A stretch of DNA of 64,000 bases, taken from IMG/VR virus record IMGVR_UViG_3300020577_005800, positions 6,044 to 70,043 of that record, one strand, 5' to 3'. Both the position numbers and the translations under genes were made by a program. A model generated the notes under the pieces. It was not told where the DNA came from, searched no databases, and saw only the letters and a program-made list of their open reading frames with translations. Source of the stretch: a virus (Duplodnaviria > Caudoviricetes). Each line of letters opens with the position of its first letter. The stretch's first letter is position 1. This document shows, piece after piece, positions 48,230-57,560 of the stretch.

Positions 48230-48439
48230 ATGACACGCAAAATCACGATCATCATCGAAGACGACGGACAGCAGCCGGTGGAGCAGATCATCAATCCGTT
48301 CATTTACCCGACGATCCCTGGACCCTCATGGGTGCCTTGGATTCCGACTCCACTGCCGCAGCAACTTCCGGGTGACAGCACGGGCACGCCGTATCCGACG
48401 TGGCAGCCCTACATCATCTGCGCAGTGCCGACGAACTAA
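48230..48439 (+). CDS. Pro-rich small protein
   Basis: AAGGAGG RBS before ATG 48230. Confidence 0.55.
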   Translation: MTRKITIIIEDDGQQPVEQIINPFIYPTIPGPSWVPWIPTPLPQQLPGDSTGTPYPTWQPYIICAVPTN

Positions 48440-48449
48440 GGAGTAAATC

Positions 48450-50606
48450 GTGAAGTGCCTTTTTCCGCCCGTTGTCGACCCCGGCTCGTTCGTTACGTGG
48501 GACACGGAAACCCACCTCATCGAACCCGGCAATCTGACTCCCAAGCTCGTCTGCGTGCAGATGCAGCCGTGGATCAATCGGCAGGAGGGTCCCTCCTATG
48601 TCTTCGGCGCTACCGAGGAAGGTAAGCGCCAGGGCATCGGACTGATTTTGGACATTCTGGAAAACAAGCCAGAAATCTCCATCATTGCCCAGAACGGATT
48701 CTACGACTGGGGTGTGCTGCTGAATTATCTCGGCTGGGACATGAAGTACGTCCGGCTGGTGTTCGCCGCATTCCGGCGCGGGCAGATTCGCGACACCACG
48801 GTTCGTGGTAAGCTCGTGGCGCTGGAGAATGACTGGCTCGATTACGACCCGACCATCAACAAGAAGGCGCCCGTCTTCTCGTTGGAGGAATTGGTCCAGA
48901 AGTGGTGCGGCTGCAAGGTGGAGGGGAAGCACGGGCCGGATGTCTGGCGCCTTCGCTACGCTGAATTGGACGGCAAGCCGGCGAACGAGTGGCCGGCGGC
49001 TGCTTTCGAGTATGCGATGATGGACCCAGTCTGGGTCGGGCGTGTGTGGAACGCCATGGTGGCGAACTCACAGCCCAGCCCTGACGAAATCTTCCAGACG
49101 CGCTCTGCGTGGTGTCTCCATCTCGCGGGCGTCTGGGGCATTAAGGTCGACGAGATTGCCACGGACAACCTGGAAAACAAGGTCATCCCGGCTATCGAGG
49201 CTGGCATTCAGAACCTCGTCAAGCTCGGCGTTTACTACCAGCCCGTGAAGTGGGACAACGACCGTTGGTATGCCGACATGCTGAAGGTGTGGCCGAATAT
49301 GCCACGCACGGCCAGCGGCAAACCGAGCACGAGCAAGGATACGATGCTCGAACTGATGCGTCGAAGTGGAGGCAATCGCGTTTTCACACCTGGGCTGAAG
49401 ATCGAGACTCGTATGGACCTCTTCCCCGATTACGTCCTGGAGGACGGCCCGCCGAAGAAGGACACCACCAAGCTCAAGGAGATGGTCAAGGCCGGCTACA
49501 AGGCCAAGGGACTCGCGGTTCCGGAGACCAAGAAGGGCGACATCTCCACGGCGCGTAAGACGCTGAAGCAAGTTCCGGCGCTGGAGCCGCTGGTGAACAT
49601 CGGGTCGCTTCAGAAGATCAAGACGACATACCTGCCCATCTTCAAGAAGCATTGGATTTTCAACCCTCGTTGGAACTTCCTCGTTGCGACCGGGCGCGTC
49701 TCCGTCAACTACATCAACAACATGCCCCGTGTGGAAGGCGTGCGCGAGTGCTTCAAAGCGCGTGACGGATATTTGCTCGTTTCCGTGGATTACGCCCAGG
49801 CGGAACTCTGCTCGCTCGCGCAAGTGAATATCGATCTGTTCGGGCACTCGGAGATGGCGCGGCTCATCAAGGAGGGCATCGACCTTCATCTCCATCTCGT
49901 CTCGAAGATGAAGAACAAGCCGTACGAATGGCTCGTCGCGAACAAGAAGAACCCCGAGGTGAAGGACTGGAGACAGGCAGCCAAGGCCGCCAACTTCGGT
50001 TTCCCTGGAGGATTGGGAATTGAGAAATTCATGGTCTACGCCGCCGACTCTTACGGGGTCGACCTGGACGAGGACGAAGCGCAGGAATTGAAAGATTCCT
50101 GGTTCGAGACTTATCCGGAGATGCGTCAGTATTTCCGGTGGATCAACAACAAGCTGCGTGGTGGTGAGTCGTTCACCGCTGTCCAGCACCGGACGGGTAG
50201 AAAGCGTGGTCGCGTTGGTTACACCGATGGCGCGAATACCTTCTTCCAGGGGCTCACTGCCGATGGTGCCAAGAACGCGATGATACAATTGACGGAGGAG
50301 ATGTGGCTTGACGCCGACTCGCCTCTGTACGAATGTCGACTTGTGGCATTCATCTACGACGAGATGTTGGTCGAGATCAAAGACCGTGGTCCGGTGGCGA
50401 ACACGGTCGCGTGCAAGCGCATCTGCGATGTCATGTCCTCGGCCATGCAGGAGTTCACTCCCGACGTGCCCGCCAAGTGCGAGCCGGCCCTGATGCGTAA
50501 TTGGTGCAAGGCTGCGGAGATGGTGTGGGGCGAGGTCGACGGTCAGAAGGTGCTTCTGCCTTGGGAGGAACGCCCGCAGGCATCAAAGGAGAAGATGGTA
50601 GCATGA
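48450..50606 (+). CDS. polA: Family A DNA polymerase with 3'-5' exonuclease
   Basis: ExoI DTET, ExoII NGFYD, motif A DYAQAE, motif B RQAAKAANFGFPGG, motif C IYDE. Confidence 0.95.
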   Translation: MKCLFPPVVDPGSFVTWDTETHLIEPGNLTPKLVCVQMQPWINRQEGPSYVFGATEEGKRQGIGLILDILENKPEISIIAQNGFYDWGVLLNYLGWDMKYVRLVFAAFRRGQIRDTTVRGKLVALENDWLDYDPTINKKAPVFSLEELVQKWCGCKVEGKHGPDVWRLRYAELDGKPANEWPAAAFEYAMMDPVWVGRVWNAMVANSQPSPDEIFQTRSAWCLHLAGVWGIKVDEIATDNLENKVIPAIEAGIQNLVKLGVYYQPVKWDNDRWYADMLKVWPNMPRTASGKPSTSKDTMLELMRRSGGNRVFTPGLKIETRMDLFPDYVLEDGPPKKDTTKLKEMVKAGYKAKGLAVPETKKGDISTARKTLKQVPALEPLVNIGSLQKIKTTYLPIFKKHWIFNPRWNFLVATGRVSVNYINNMPRVEGVRECFKARDGYLLVSVDYAQAELCSLAQVNIDLFGHSEMARLIKEGIDLHLHLVSKMKNKPYEWLVANKKNPEVKDWRQAAKAANFGFPGGLGIEKFMVYAADSYGVDLDEDEAQELKDSWFETYPEMRQYFRWINNKLRGGESFTAVQHRTGRKRGRVGYTDGANTFFQGLTADGAKNAMIQLTEEMWLDADSPLYECRLVAFIYDEMLVEIKDRGPVANTVACKRICDVMSSAMQEFTPDVPAKCEPALMRNWCKAAEMVWGEVDGQKVLLPWEERPQASKEKMVA

Positions 50607-50809
50607 GAACGCACCTCCAGGCTGTGAGCCGTCCGTTCGGCGACCTCGCGACGCAGATCGTCGAGACGCTGCCGCGCAACCCCGAGCGCACCGTCGCGCT
50701 CCGCAAGCTGCTGGTGCGGCTGGACGAGGACCCGCGGCCAGTCGTGACGGTCGACGCGCCCGAGGCGTGCGAGCCACCGCCCGACCTCTGTCCGGCGGTG
50801 AGCCGGTGA
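50603..50809 (+). CDS. Chimeric small protein with an Acb2/Tad1-like hairpin N-terminal fragment
   Basis: HLQAVSRPFGDLATQIVETLPRNPERTVALRKLL, then diverges; the EAKDAAVRA ending I recall for this family is absent. Confidence 0.45.
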   Translation: MRTHLQAVSRPFGDLATQIVETLPRNPERTVALRKLLVRLDEDPRPVVTVDAPEACEPPPDLCPAVSR

Positions 50810-51624
50810 AGGCACCGTCGCCAGCGCCGCTCTACGCGACGATTCTGCCCGTGCTCGTCGAGCACGCGCGCGCCCTCGGCTATGCCCTCGCGGTCCACGG
50901 CACGCTCGCCCGCGACCTAGACCTCGTCGCGGTCCCATGGGTCGATGGAGCGGCGCCCGCTGAGGACCTGGTGCGGTCGCTGGCGCAGCAGATCGCGTGG
51001 ACGCAGGACAATCTGGGGTACCTCGTCCAGGGCCCTGAGAAGAAGCCGCACGGCCGCCTAGCATGGACAATTCCGCTCGTCGGCGACGCCTTCGTGGACC
51101 TGTCGGTGTGCAACGGGTCGGGGATGCGCCCACCACCGAAGGCCGACGCAGCCGTGACCACCTGCGTCTATCCACCAGGCTTCGAGCGCGACCTGTCTGT
51201 CCCGTGCACGAGGTGCGGACTGACAGCCGACATCGAGGCAATCGCGAACGGACTCCCGCCTACACCGTGCTCGGCAGCGCCCGAGAAGGAGAACACCATG
51301 GACTTCGGAGAAGCTCTGCGTGCCCTGAAGGAGGATGCGACTGAAGGCAGAAAGTATGATTCCGGCAAGGATGATTACTCTCTAATCCCTCCGAAGGCCC
51401 TCGCTGGTCTGGTACGTGTGCTGACCTTCGGAGCGCGTAAATATGCCCGAGATAATTGGCGTTTCGTGCCTGACAGGCGCACGCGCTACTTCTCGGCGGC
51501 CATGCGGCATATGTGGGCGTGGTTCCGTGGCGAGAAGAACGACCCGGAGACTGGAGAGAACCATCTCCACCATGCGGCATGCTGCATTAGCTTTCTGGCT
51601 GACGAGGATGAGGACAAGCAGTAA
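50806..51624 (+). CDS. In-frame fusion of a nucleotidyltransferase-like domain and a DUF5664 dATP/dGTP diphosphohydrolase domain
   Basis: GYALAVHGTLARDLDLVAVPW, then GRKYDSGK..YSLIP..LTFGARKY..NW...AMRH..AW.....D.ETG..HLHHA. An internal AAGGAG RBS with ATG at 51298 could give a separate DUF5664 protein. Confidence 0.75.
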   Translation: MKAPSPAPLYATILPVLVEHARALGYALAVHGTLARDLDLVAVPWVDGAAPAEDLVRSLAQQIAWTQDNLGYLVQGPEKKPHGRLAWTIPLVGDAFVDLSVCNGSGMRPPPKADAAVTTCVYPPGFERDLSVPCTRCGLTADIEAIANGLPPTPCSAAPEKENTMDFGEALRALKEDATEGRKYDSGKDDYSLIPPKALAGLVRVLTFGARKYARDNWRFVPDRRTRYFSAAMRHMWAWFRGEKNDPETGENHLHHAACCISFLADEDEDKQ

Positions 51625-51700
51625 TGGACTGGACTACCTTCGCTCAAACCCTCATCATCCTGTTTGTGATCTGGCTTCTGTGCGGTGGAGATGATTGAAA

Positions 51701-51901
51701 ATGGCTCGTTCGCATCGCAAGTCTGGTCCTGATTTCCGCATTCTTCGTCCCGACCTCGAAGTCGACCGCAAGGCTTGTCGTAAGCCCGTGCGAGATTCTG
51801 AGGATGAGGATATCTCCGCGGAGGTCGACGCTGAAGTCGAGAACGCCTTTCGGGAGATGATGGAGGAGCAGGGTAGAGGTTCGGGGCCGTACCGCGTATG
51901 A
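51701..51901 (+). CDS. Small hypothetical protein
   Basis: Tightly packed, flanked by two ~24-aa hydrophobic ORFs starting at 51624 and 51898. Confidence 0.5.
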   Translation: MARSHRKSGPDFRILRPDLEVDRKACRKPVRDSEDEDISAEVDAEVENAFREMMEEQGRGSGPYRV

Positions 51902-52024
51902 GCCAGCAAGAATTTATTGTTCTCTGTCTGTTCATCGCGCTGGTGGTGTTCCTCACAGGAGAAGACATATGAAGTTCACAAGACAGGCCGATAAGGCTCT
52001 CTTGGAGAAGATCAAGGAGGCGAA

Positions 52025-52864
52025 GTGAGCAACATCTGGGCCAAGGTTGTTGCGTGCTCCGTTAACCCGAGCAACGTGCGCCTCACCACGTTGGAGGTGT
52101 CGTTCCCTCGATACATCCTGCCGGAGGTGAACACCCATCGCGTGTTCTCACGTAACACCGCGAGCCATCGTGCGCTCCCGGCAACGTTCGTACTCCAGCA
52201 AGTGACCGAAAACCCGTTCATTCCTCATCGCTTCCCGGTGGAGCAGAAGGGGATGCAGGCCAAAACGTGGATCACGGCGCAGGAGCAACCCGAAGAGTAC
52301 AACTCCTTGCGAACGCTGTGGCTTCAGGCCCGTGATCAGGCGGTCGACATCGCCGATACGATGCGAAAACGCCGTGTCCACAAGCAGTGCATCAACCGTC
52401 TCGTGGAGCCGTTTGCGTGGACCAGGATGGTCATCACCGCGACGGAATGGGCTAATTTCCGCAACCTCCGAACGGATGAGGCAGCGGACGACAACATCCA
52501 GATCCTCGCTCACGCGATGGGGGATGCGCTCGACAACGCGACCCCGACGTTCGTGCCGTTGAACGATTGGCATCTTCCCTATGTGCAGCCAGAGGAGCGG
52601 GACCTCGCGATCTTCGACAGGATTCGGCTCTGTGTAGGGCGCTGTGCTCGCACCAGCTACCTCACGCACGACAAGCGGCGGGATGTCCAGAAGGATTTAG
52701 ACCTTCACGATGACCTCGTAACCGACGGGCACATGAGCCCCACGGAGCATGCCGCCCAGGCTGTGATGATCAGTCTCAAGAAGTCCAACTTCAACGACAC
52801 GTGGTTGCAGTACCGCAAGCAACTCATCGGCGAGGCGGTCTGGGCTGGTAGGAGGACCGCATGA
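52025..52864 (+). CDS. thyX: Flavin-dependent thymidylate synthase
   Basis: EVNTHRVFSRNTASHR signature, FRNLR and HMSPTEH. Confidence 0.92.
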   Translation: MSNIWAKVVACSVNPSNVRLTTLEVSFPRYILPEVNTHRVFSRNTASHRALPATFVLQQVTENPFIPHRFPVEQKGMQAKTWITAQEQPEEYNSLRTLWLQARDQAVDIADTMRKRRVHKQCINRLVEPFAWTRMVITATEWANFRNLRTDEAADDNIQILAHAMGDALDNATPTFVPLNDWHLPYVQPEERDLAIFDRIRLCVGRCARTSYLTHDKRRDVQKDLDLHDDLVTDGHMSPTEHAAQAVMISLKKSNFNDTWLQYRKQLIGEAVWAGRRTA

Positions 52865-53235
52865 AGTTGGCTCGTATGCTACCTCACGAACCCTCTTCTA
52901 AGGTAGGGACGCAGGGGTTACAGAACGGAGCAAAAATCTCTGGCCCTGGGGTCTTGACTTCTGCTGATCCGGCAACTAAGGTCCGCGAGGTTCGCAGGCC
53001 GCTCCAGAAATGGACTGATTCCGAACTCGCGAAGGCACAAGCTGACATCTTGGAATATGAGGTCGATGACGACATCTGGCCGAAGGGCCGACCCGAGTGG
53101 ACCATGCGTGTTCATCGTGCCTCTTACGAAGCCGCGTACTCGGTTGATCCTGCCTGGGCGGAAAAGACCATCAGGGTCAACGACCGCGATGTGTTCCTCC
53201 AAGTGTGGCGCGAGATAGCGCTCAGAGCGAGTTAA
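52861..53235 (+). CDS. Hypothetical protein
   Basis: ATGA overlap with the thyX stop. Confidence 0.6.
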   Translation: MKLARMLPHEPSSKVGTQGLQNGAKISGPGVLTSADPATKVREVRRPLQKWTDSELAKAQADILEYEVDDDIWPKGRPEWTMRVHRASYEAAYSVDPAWAEKTIRVNDRDVFLQVWREIALRAS

Positions 53236-53237
53236 GC

Positions 53238-53780
53238 ATGCAACTGCACACGCAAAAAGCCATGTTCTCCAGCGGCTCCTCGAACTGGGGGACGCCGTTC
53301 CCGTTCGTGAGACAACTGGAGAAATCATTCAATCGCGTCTTCGATCTGGACCCTTGCGTGGGCAAGCAGGTATATGCGAAGGCGCCGAAGTTCTATACGC
53401 CAGCCGACAACGGATTGCTTCAGCAGTGGTTCGGCAACGTGTTCGGCAACTGGCCCTGGGCGGGTGACGACTCCGACGGTATCGAGGCATGGCTCGACAA
53501 GACCGTCTCTGAGGTCACCAAGGGCGAAGGAAACATCTGGGTCGCGTCCCTGACCCCCGCTCGCACGGATACGAAGTGGTTCCATCACTACGTCTTTCGT
53601 CGCGCCGACGCGGTGTATTTCATCAAAGGACGTATCCAGTTCATCGACATGGACACGGGCGCTCCGCGTAAGGGCGGCGCTCCGTTTCCCGTGGCTCTCG
53701 GCATCTACAACAACCGCGCTCGGCTGGGAGGCGATCTCCATGTCGGGCGCTTGACCAATACAGGGAGACTCCTTCCGTGA
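53238..53780 (+). CDS. Phage Dam-family DNA N6-adenine methyltransferase with variant motif IV (NWPW)
   Basis: WGTP, FDLDPC, NGL.Q.W.G.VFGNWPW, PARTDTKWFH, FIKGRI.F and APFP. Confidence 0.85.
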   Translation: MQLHTQKAMFSSGSSNWGTPFPFVRQLEKSFNRVFDLDPCVGKQVYAKAPKFYTPADNGLLQQWFGNVFGNWPWAGDDSDGIEAWLDKTVSEVTKGEGNIWVASLTPARTDTKWFHHYVFRRADAVYFIKGRIQFIDMDTGAPRKGGAPFPVALGIYNNRARLGGDLHVGRLTNTGRLLP

Positions 53781-53992
53781 AAGGATTCATTTTCGCTCTC
53801 GTGCTGCTCGCTTCGTGCGGTCAGCCCACGGCCTCGGACTTTCGGAGTTGTCCGAAGATCAAACCGGCGCTGTGCTGGAGTGACCGCCGTGGGGTTTTCG
53901 TGTGCGAGGTCTGTCTCCCGACGCAGGGGCACGACAACCGCAAGCCGGAGGCCGATGACTACATCCCCATGCCCATCTACGTTCCGCAGTGA
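53777..53992 (+). CDS. Small Cys-rich lipoprotein
   Basis: Signal peptide with lipobox LASC. Confidence 0.55.
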   Translation: MKGFIFALVLLASCGQPTASDFRSCPKIKPALCWSDRRGVFVCEVCLPTQGHDNRKPEADDYIPMPIYVPQ

Positions 53993-54000
53993 GGTCCGAC

Positions 54001-54273
54001 ATGAAAGGATTCATTCTCCTCGCTGAAGACCTCCGCGTCCTCAGACGGGACAGCATCACCGGCCCCATCCGAACGGATTCAAAACTGCGTCACTACTTCA
54101 ACTGTCATCACAGCGGGGCCGAGAGCGAGCCCTTGGTGCTGAACTCGATCGAGGATGCGGAGAAGATCGCGGAGGCGTACTGCGGTGCGGAGTGTCGGGG
54201 TATTCGTCGCGCGAGTGTGTTCTCCTACTGCTCGTCCTTCAAGGCCCAGGTGATCGTTGCGAGGGACGCATGA
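54001..54273 (+). CDS. Hypothetical protein
   Basis: GAGG RBS. Confidence 0.6.
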   Translation: MKGFILLAEDLRVLRRDSITGPIRTDSKLRHYFNCHHSGAESEPLVLNSIEDAEKIAEAYCGAECRGIRRASVFSYCSSFKAQVIVARDA

Positions 54274-54650
54274 GCGCGGAACTGTTCGTGATCGTGGAGA
54301 AGATGGGTGCCGAGGAAGCGGACATGCCCTTCGAGTCCATAAGCTTCGTCGGCACAACACCGGACATCACCAAGGGCCTCGGCTCGTTCGATGACGGAGT
54401 GCCTGAGTCGGCGGTGGTGCTGTTCGGGGATCCGGAAGAGGCCGAGGGCTGGCTCAGCGACATAGACTGGGAGAAGATCCTCGGCGTCCATACCCTTCAG
54501 GTGGAGATGCCCGCGCAGGCATTCATTCCGCTCAACCCTCGGGCGGCTTCGGCTACGTTGGGCTTCCTCAACCCGCAGGACGCAGCGAAGTACCTCGGGA
54601 CCCTGCCCAACGCCGAGGGTTACGAGATCGTGTCCGTTCCGCTGAATTAG
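54270..54650 (+). CDS. Acidic hypothetical protein
   Basis: ATGA overlap with the upstream stop. Confidence 0.65.
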   Translation: MSAELFVIVEKMGAEEADMPFESISFVGTTPDITKGLGSFDDGVPESAVVLFGDPEEAEGWLSDIDWEKILGVHTLQVEMPAQAFIPLNPRAASATLGFLNPQDAAKYLGTLPNAEGYEIVSVPLN

Positions 54651-54819
54651 TCCTTTTCTTCCTCGCACGGTGAGTATAGAACCGTGCTCGAAGGTGAGAG
54701 AATCTGAAAGTTAGTTCAGGTTGCTCGATCCGTAGGGACTACCGGCCCTTCTGTCGGCTGCTTTCCTGACCTGTCGAAAACCTGAACAATTTCGCGCCCC
54801 GCACGAAAAGGATGAAAAC

Positions 54820-55773
54820 ATGGTTGACTCGAAAAGAGCGGTTCCCAATTCTGACTCAACGACGGAGGACAGCCCCTCCGGTGAGAAGAAGGAAACCGAA
54901 ATGATGCCCCAGACGATCCCGCAGCCGAAGAACAAGACCCAGTTCGACGCCAAGCGCTTCTCTGGGTTTCACTTCGACCCGAACGAGTGCGTGCTCATCG
55001 GACTCGACGAGGGCGACAAGAGCCATCCCCTCTACGACCCCCGTGTCAATCTCCCCATCAACGAGTCGCTGGTGAAGTCCATTCTCGCCGATGGTGTTCT
55101 CCAACCGATCCGCGTAAAGACGGATGGAGACGGACGCCCGGTGGTGGTGATGGGTCGCCAGCGCGTGAAGGCAGCCCGGGAGGCGAACAAGCGCTTGGTG
55201 GCCGAGGGGATGGAGCCGCGCATCAAGGTGCCGGCGCTGTCCATCTCCAAGGGCACCGACGACATGGAACTTCAGGGGTACGGTATCGCCGAGAACGCGA
55301 TCCGCAAGGACGACAACGCGCTCGTGCTCGCGGACAAGTGCCACGAGTTCTTGAAGTTCAACGGGGACAGTGCCGAGGCGCGGGAGTACCTCGCGACCTG
55401 CATCGGGCACGGCGTCAAGCGCATCGACGAGCTTCTGACCCTTCGGGAACTCGACAAGGAGACGAAGGACCAGATCCGCAAGGGCAACATGGGCGTCGAA
55501 GCGGCCCTCTTCCTGGCGAAGGTGCCGAAGGAGCAGCGCCAGCAGACGATCAAGCTCGCCGCCGAGAAGGGTGAGAAGATCACGACGAAGAAGGCGCGCG
55601 AGACCCTCCGCAAGAGTAAGGGGAAGGTCAACGAGATCCCCACGCGGAAGGTGATGAAGGAGAAGCTCGCGGAGGCCAAGGAGCGGCGCAAGAGCGTGCG
55701 CACCGAGACCTTCGAGGCGACGCTCCTGTGGGTCATGGGCAAGGGTCCGTGCCCCATCGATCAGGAGCAGTGA
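54820..55773 (+). CDS. ParB/Srx N-terminal domain protein (start may be 54901)
   Basis: LVKSILADGVLQPIRV...VMGRQRVKAA...AENAIRKD, then an HTH-like region. Confidence 0.85.
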   Translation: MVDSKRAVPNSDSTTEDSPSGEKKETEMMPQTIPQPKNKTQFDAKRFSGFHFDPNECVLIGLDEGDKSHPLYDPRVNLPINESLVKSILADGVLQPIRVKTDGDGRPVVVMGRQRVKAAREANKRLVAEGMEPRIKVPALSISKGTDDMELQGYGIAENAIRKDDNALVLADKCHEFLKFNGDSAEAREYLATCIGHGVKRIDELLTLRELDKETKDQIRKGNMGVEAALFLAKVPKEQRQQTIKLAAEKGEKITTKKARETLRKSKGKVNEIPTRKVMKEKLAEAKERRKSVRTETFEATLLWVMGKGPCPIDQEQ

Positions 55774-55779
55774 CCTACT

Positions 55780-55822
55780 CGCTCGCTTCGCTCGCTGGAA
55801 CTAAATGCGAGCGAAGCGAGCG
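55780..55822. terminator. 16-bp perfect inverted repeat after the ParB-like gene
   Basis: CGCTCGCTTCGCTCGC-N11-GCGAGCGAAGCGAGCG; no T-tract. Confidence 0.55.
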
Positions 55823-55865
55823 TTGGTGGATTGACTAAATTTCCAACGAGAGTATGGTCCTAGAC

Positions 55866-56240
55866 ATGAAAACCGCCGCACTCATCCTCCTCTTCCTCGT
55901 CTCGGGTTGTATTGAGCAGTCGAGCCCCGGGCGTGCGTCCAGTCCTACGGTCTCCTCCTGCGAGGAACCCGAGCCGCTCGAATGTCGAGTGGCCGCGTTC
56001 ATCCCGTTCGATGGGGAGGGCGTCTCGCTATTAGAGATCCGCAACAACGTGGAGTGGGACGGCCAGCCCGCCCGTATCCCCGAGGTCGTGGAACTCCTGG
56101 AGACCTACGACCTCCGCTACGACTGGGGCACGGAGCGATACGGCTGGATTGATTCCTTCCGCCAGCGTGAGGCTCTCAACCACTTCTGCATCGATCCCGA
56201 AGCGTATTATAGCGAAAACCGTAGCCCTGATGGAGGCTAG
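55866..56240 (+). CDS. Lipoprotein
   Basis: MKTAALILLFLVSGC lipobox; TTGACT-N16-TATGGT at 55831-55858 upstream. Confidence 0.7.
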   Translation: MKTAALILLFLVSGCIEQSSPGRASSPTVSSCEEPEPLECRVAAFIPFDGEGVSLLEIRNNVEWDGQPARIPEVVELLETYDLRYDWGTERYGWIDSFRQREALNHFCIDPEAYYSENRSPDGG

Positions 56241-56363
56241 CTGAGTGCGTGTACTTGCGCGTCGAGACGCAGCGAACCTCGCGTTCGTCCCGTTGAGAGC
56301 AACACAGAGCCTCCAGATTCACTTTCAGGGGCTTTTGTGTTTTCATAAGGGTAGGAGGACATC

Positions 56364-56702
56364 ATGGCTCTTGGAGACGTGCTGAAACAGATTGGCTCCG
56401 ATGTCGGCGCTGGCATGACTTTCACCCTCGGAGACCTCGCGCTGCTCACGGAATTGGTGGGCAAGCTGGAGAGGAATCGTCACTTCATCGGTAATGCCGT
56501 GGACGTGGGTTGCGCCTGCATGAACTTCCGGATGGCGCTGGAGCGTCACGGAGGGGAGATTCAGAAGGCGATGCAGCCTGTTCGCCGACCCGATCCCTGC
56601 ACCGAGCAAACCCCGTGCTGCGACCGCCGAAACGAATACAACGGGTTCAACAGCGGGCCACACATCTTCGAGTGCCCGAAGGGCTGTGCCTGCCATGACT
56701 AA
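56364..56702 (+). CDS. Hypothetical protein with C-terminal Cys cluster
   Basis: AGGAGG RBS. Confidence 0.65.
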   Translation: MALGDVLKQIGSDVGAGMTFTLGDLALLTELVGKLERNRHFIGNAVDVGCACMNFRMALERHGGEIQKAMQPVRRPDPCTEQTPCCDRRNEYNGFNSGPHIFECPKGCACHD

Positions 56703-56895
56703 TTTCCTCCTGCTGCTCATTGCTATCTACGCAGAGGCGGTTTATCAATCTGGTGATGTGTTCACGCGCCGACGTGCCCTCAATCGGGCTTTCAATGTCG
56801 CAGCGGACAAGGCCAGCACTCGACTCGATGTCGAACTCTGCAAGCAACTGTACGCCCTTCGCCATGAATGGACGGCTCACGAGAGGGAGAAATGA
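56695..56895 (+). CDS. Small hypothetical protein with hydrophobic N-terminus
   Basis: Overlap packing with its neighbours. Confidence 0.5.
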   Translation: MTNFLLLLIAIYAEAVYQSGDVFTRRRALNRAFNVAADKASTRLDVELCKQLYALRHEWTAHEREK

Positions 56896-57560
56896 AGCAA
56901 AAGCACCTGGAAATGAGAATCGAGCAGTGCATTGCGCTGTCGAAGGTCTCCAACTGCCCCAGACGTAAGTTCGGCGCCGTGCTGCTCGACCCCGAGCGCA
57001 ATGTCGTGCTGATGGATGGATACAACGGAGGTCCGCGGGGAGGCAAGGGTGACCTCTGCGCCGGCTGGTATTGTAAGCGTGATGGGCTGAAACCGGAGGA
57101 TTTCCACTTCCATCCGAGCAAGGCGGAGTGCGGGCGAGTGCTCATCGTCCACAAGGCGTCCAACAAGACGATGAGGAAGATATATCCGAACTCCACGACC
57201 TCGTATGAGGCATTCCTTCCTGAGAGCAGTGCTCAGGACTTCGTGAAAGAACTCTGTGACGCAAACCCGCCTATTCCCTCGGGCCAGAACCACGAGCAAG
57301 GCTGCCATCATGCGGAAATGAATGTCATCTGCAACGCGGCTGCTAGTGGGGTGAAGACCTCGGGCGCATGGCTGGTCATCACGGGTGAGCCCTGCCTGAT
57401 GTGCGCCAAACTGATTCATCACGCAGGCATCACCAAGGTCATCGTGGTGGACGGAGGGTACAGCGGCCCGAACGGGCTGGAGTATCTCCGCGAGGCGGGT
57501 GTGCGGGTGGAGAAGAGGGACGGCCCCAAGGACCCGAGAACTTCATGCTCTGGGTCCTGA
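56892..57560 (+). CDS. dCMP deaminase
   Basis: SNCPRRKFGAV, GYNG, HAEMN and PCLMCAK zinc motifs. Confidence 0.92.
   Translation: MKQKHLEMRIEQCIALSKVSNCPRRKFGAVLLDPERNVVLMDGYNGGPRGGKGDLCAGWYCKRDGLKPEDFHFHPSKAECGRVLIVHKASNKTMRKIYPNSTTSYEAFLPESSAQDFVKELCDANPPIPSGQNHEQGCHHAEMNVICNAAASGVKTSGAWLVITGEPCLMCAKLIHHAGITKVIVVDGGYSGPNGLEYLREAGVRVEKRDGPKDPRTSCSGS

Noticed and set aside
51298-51624. 2-aminoadenine (Z) genome pathway
   Set aside because: DUF5664 and PolA are present, but no PurZ (adenylosuccinate synthetase-like) gene is visible in the window, and DUF5664 also occurs in non-Z phages.
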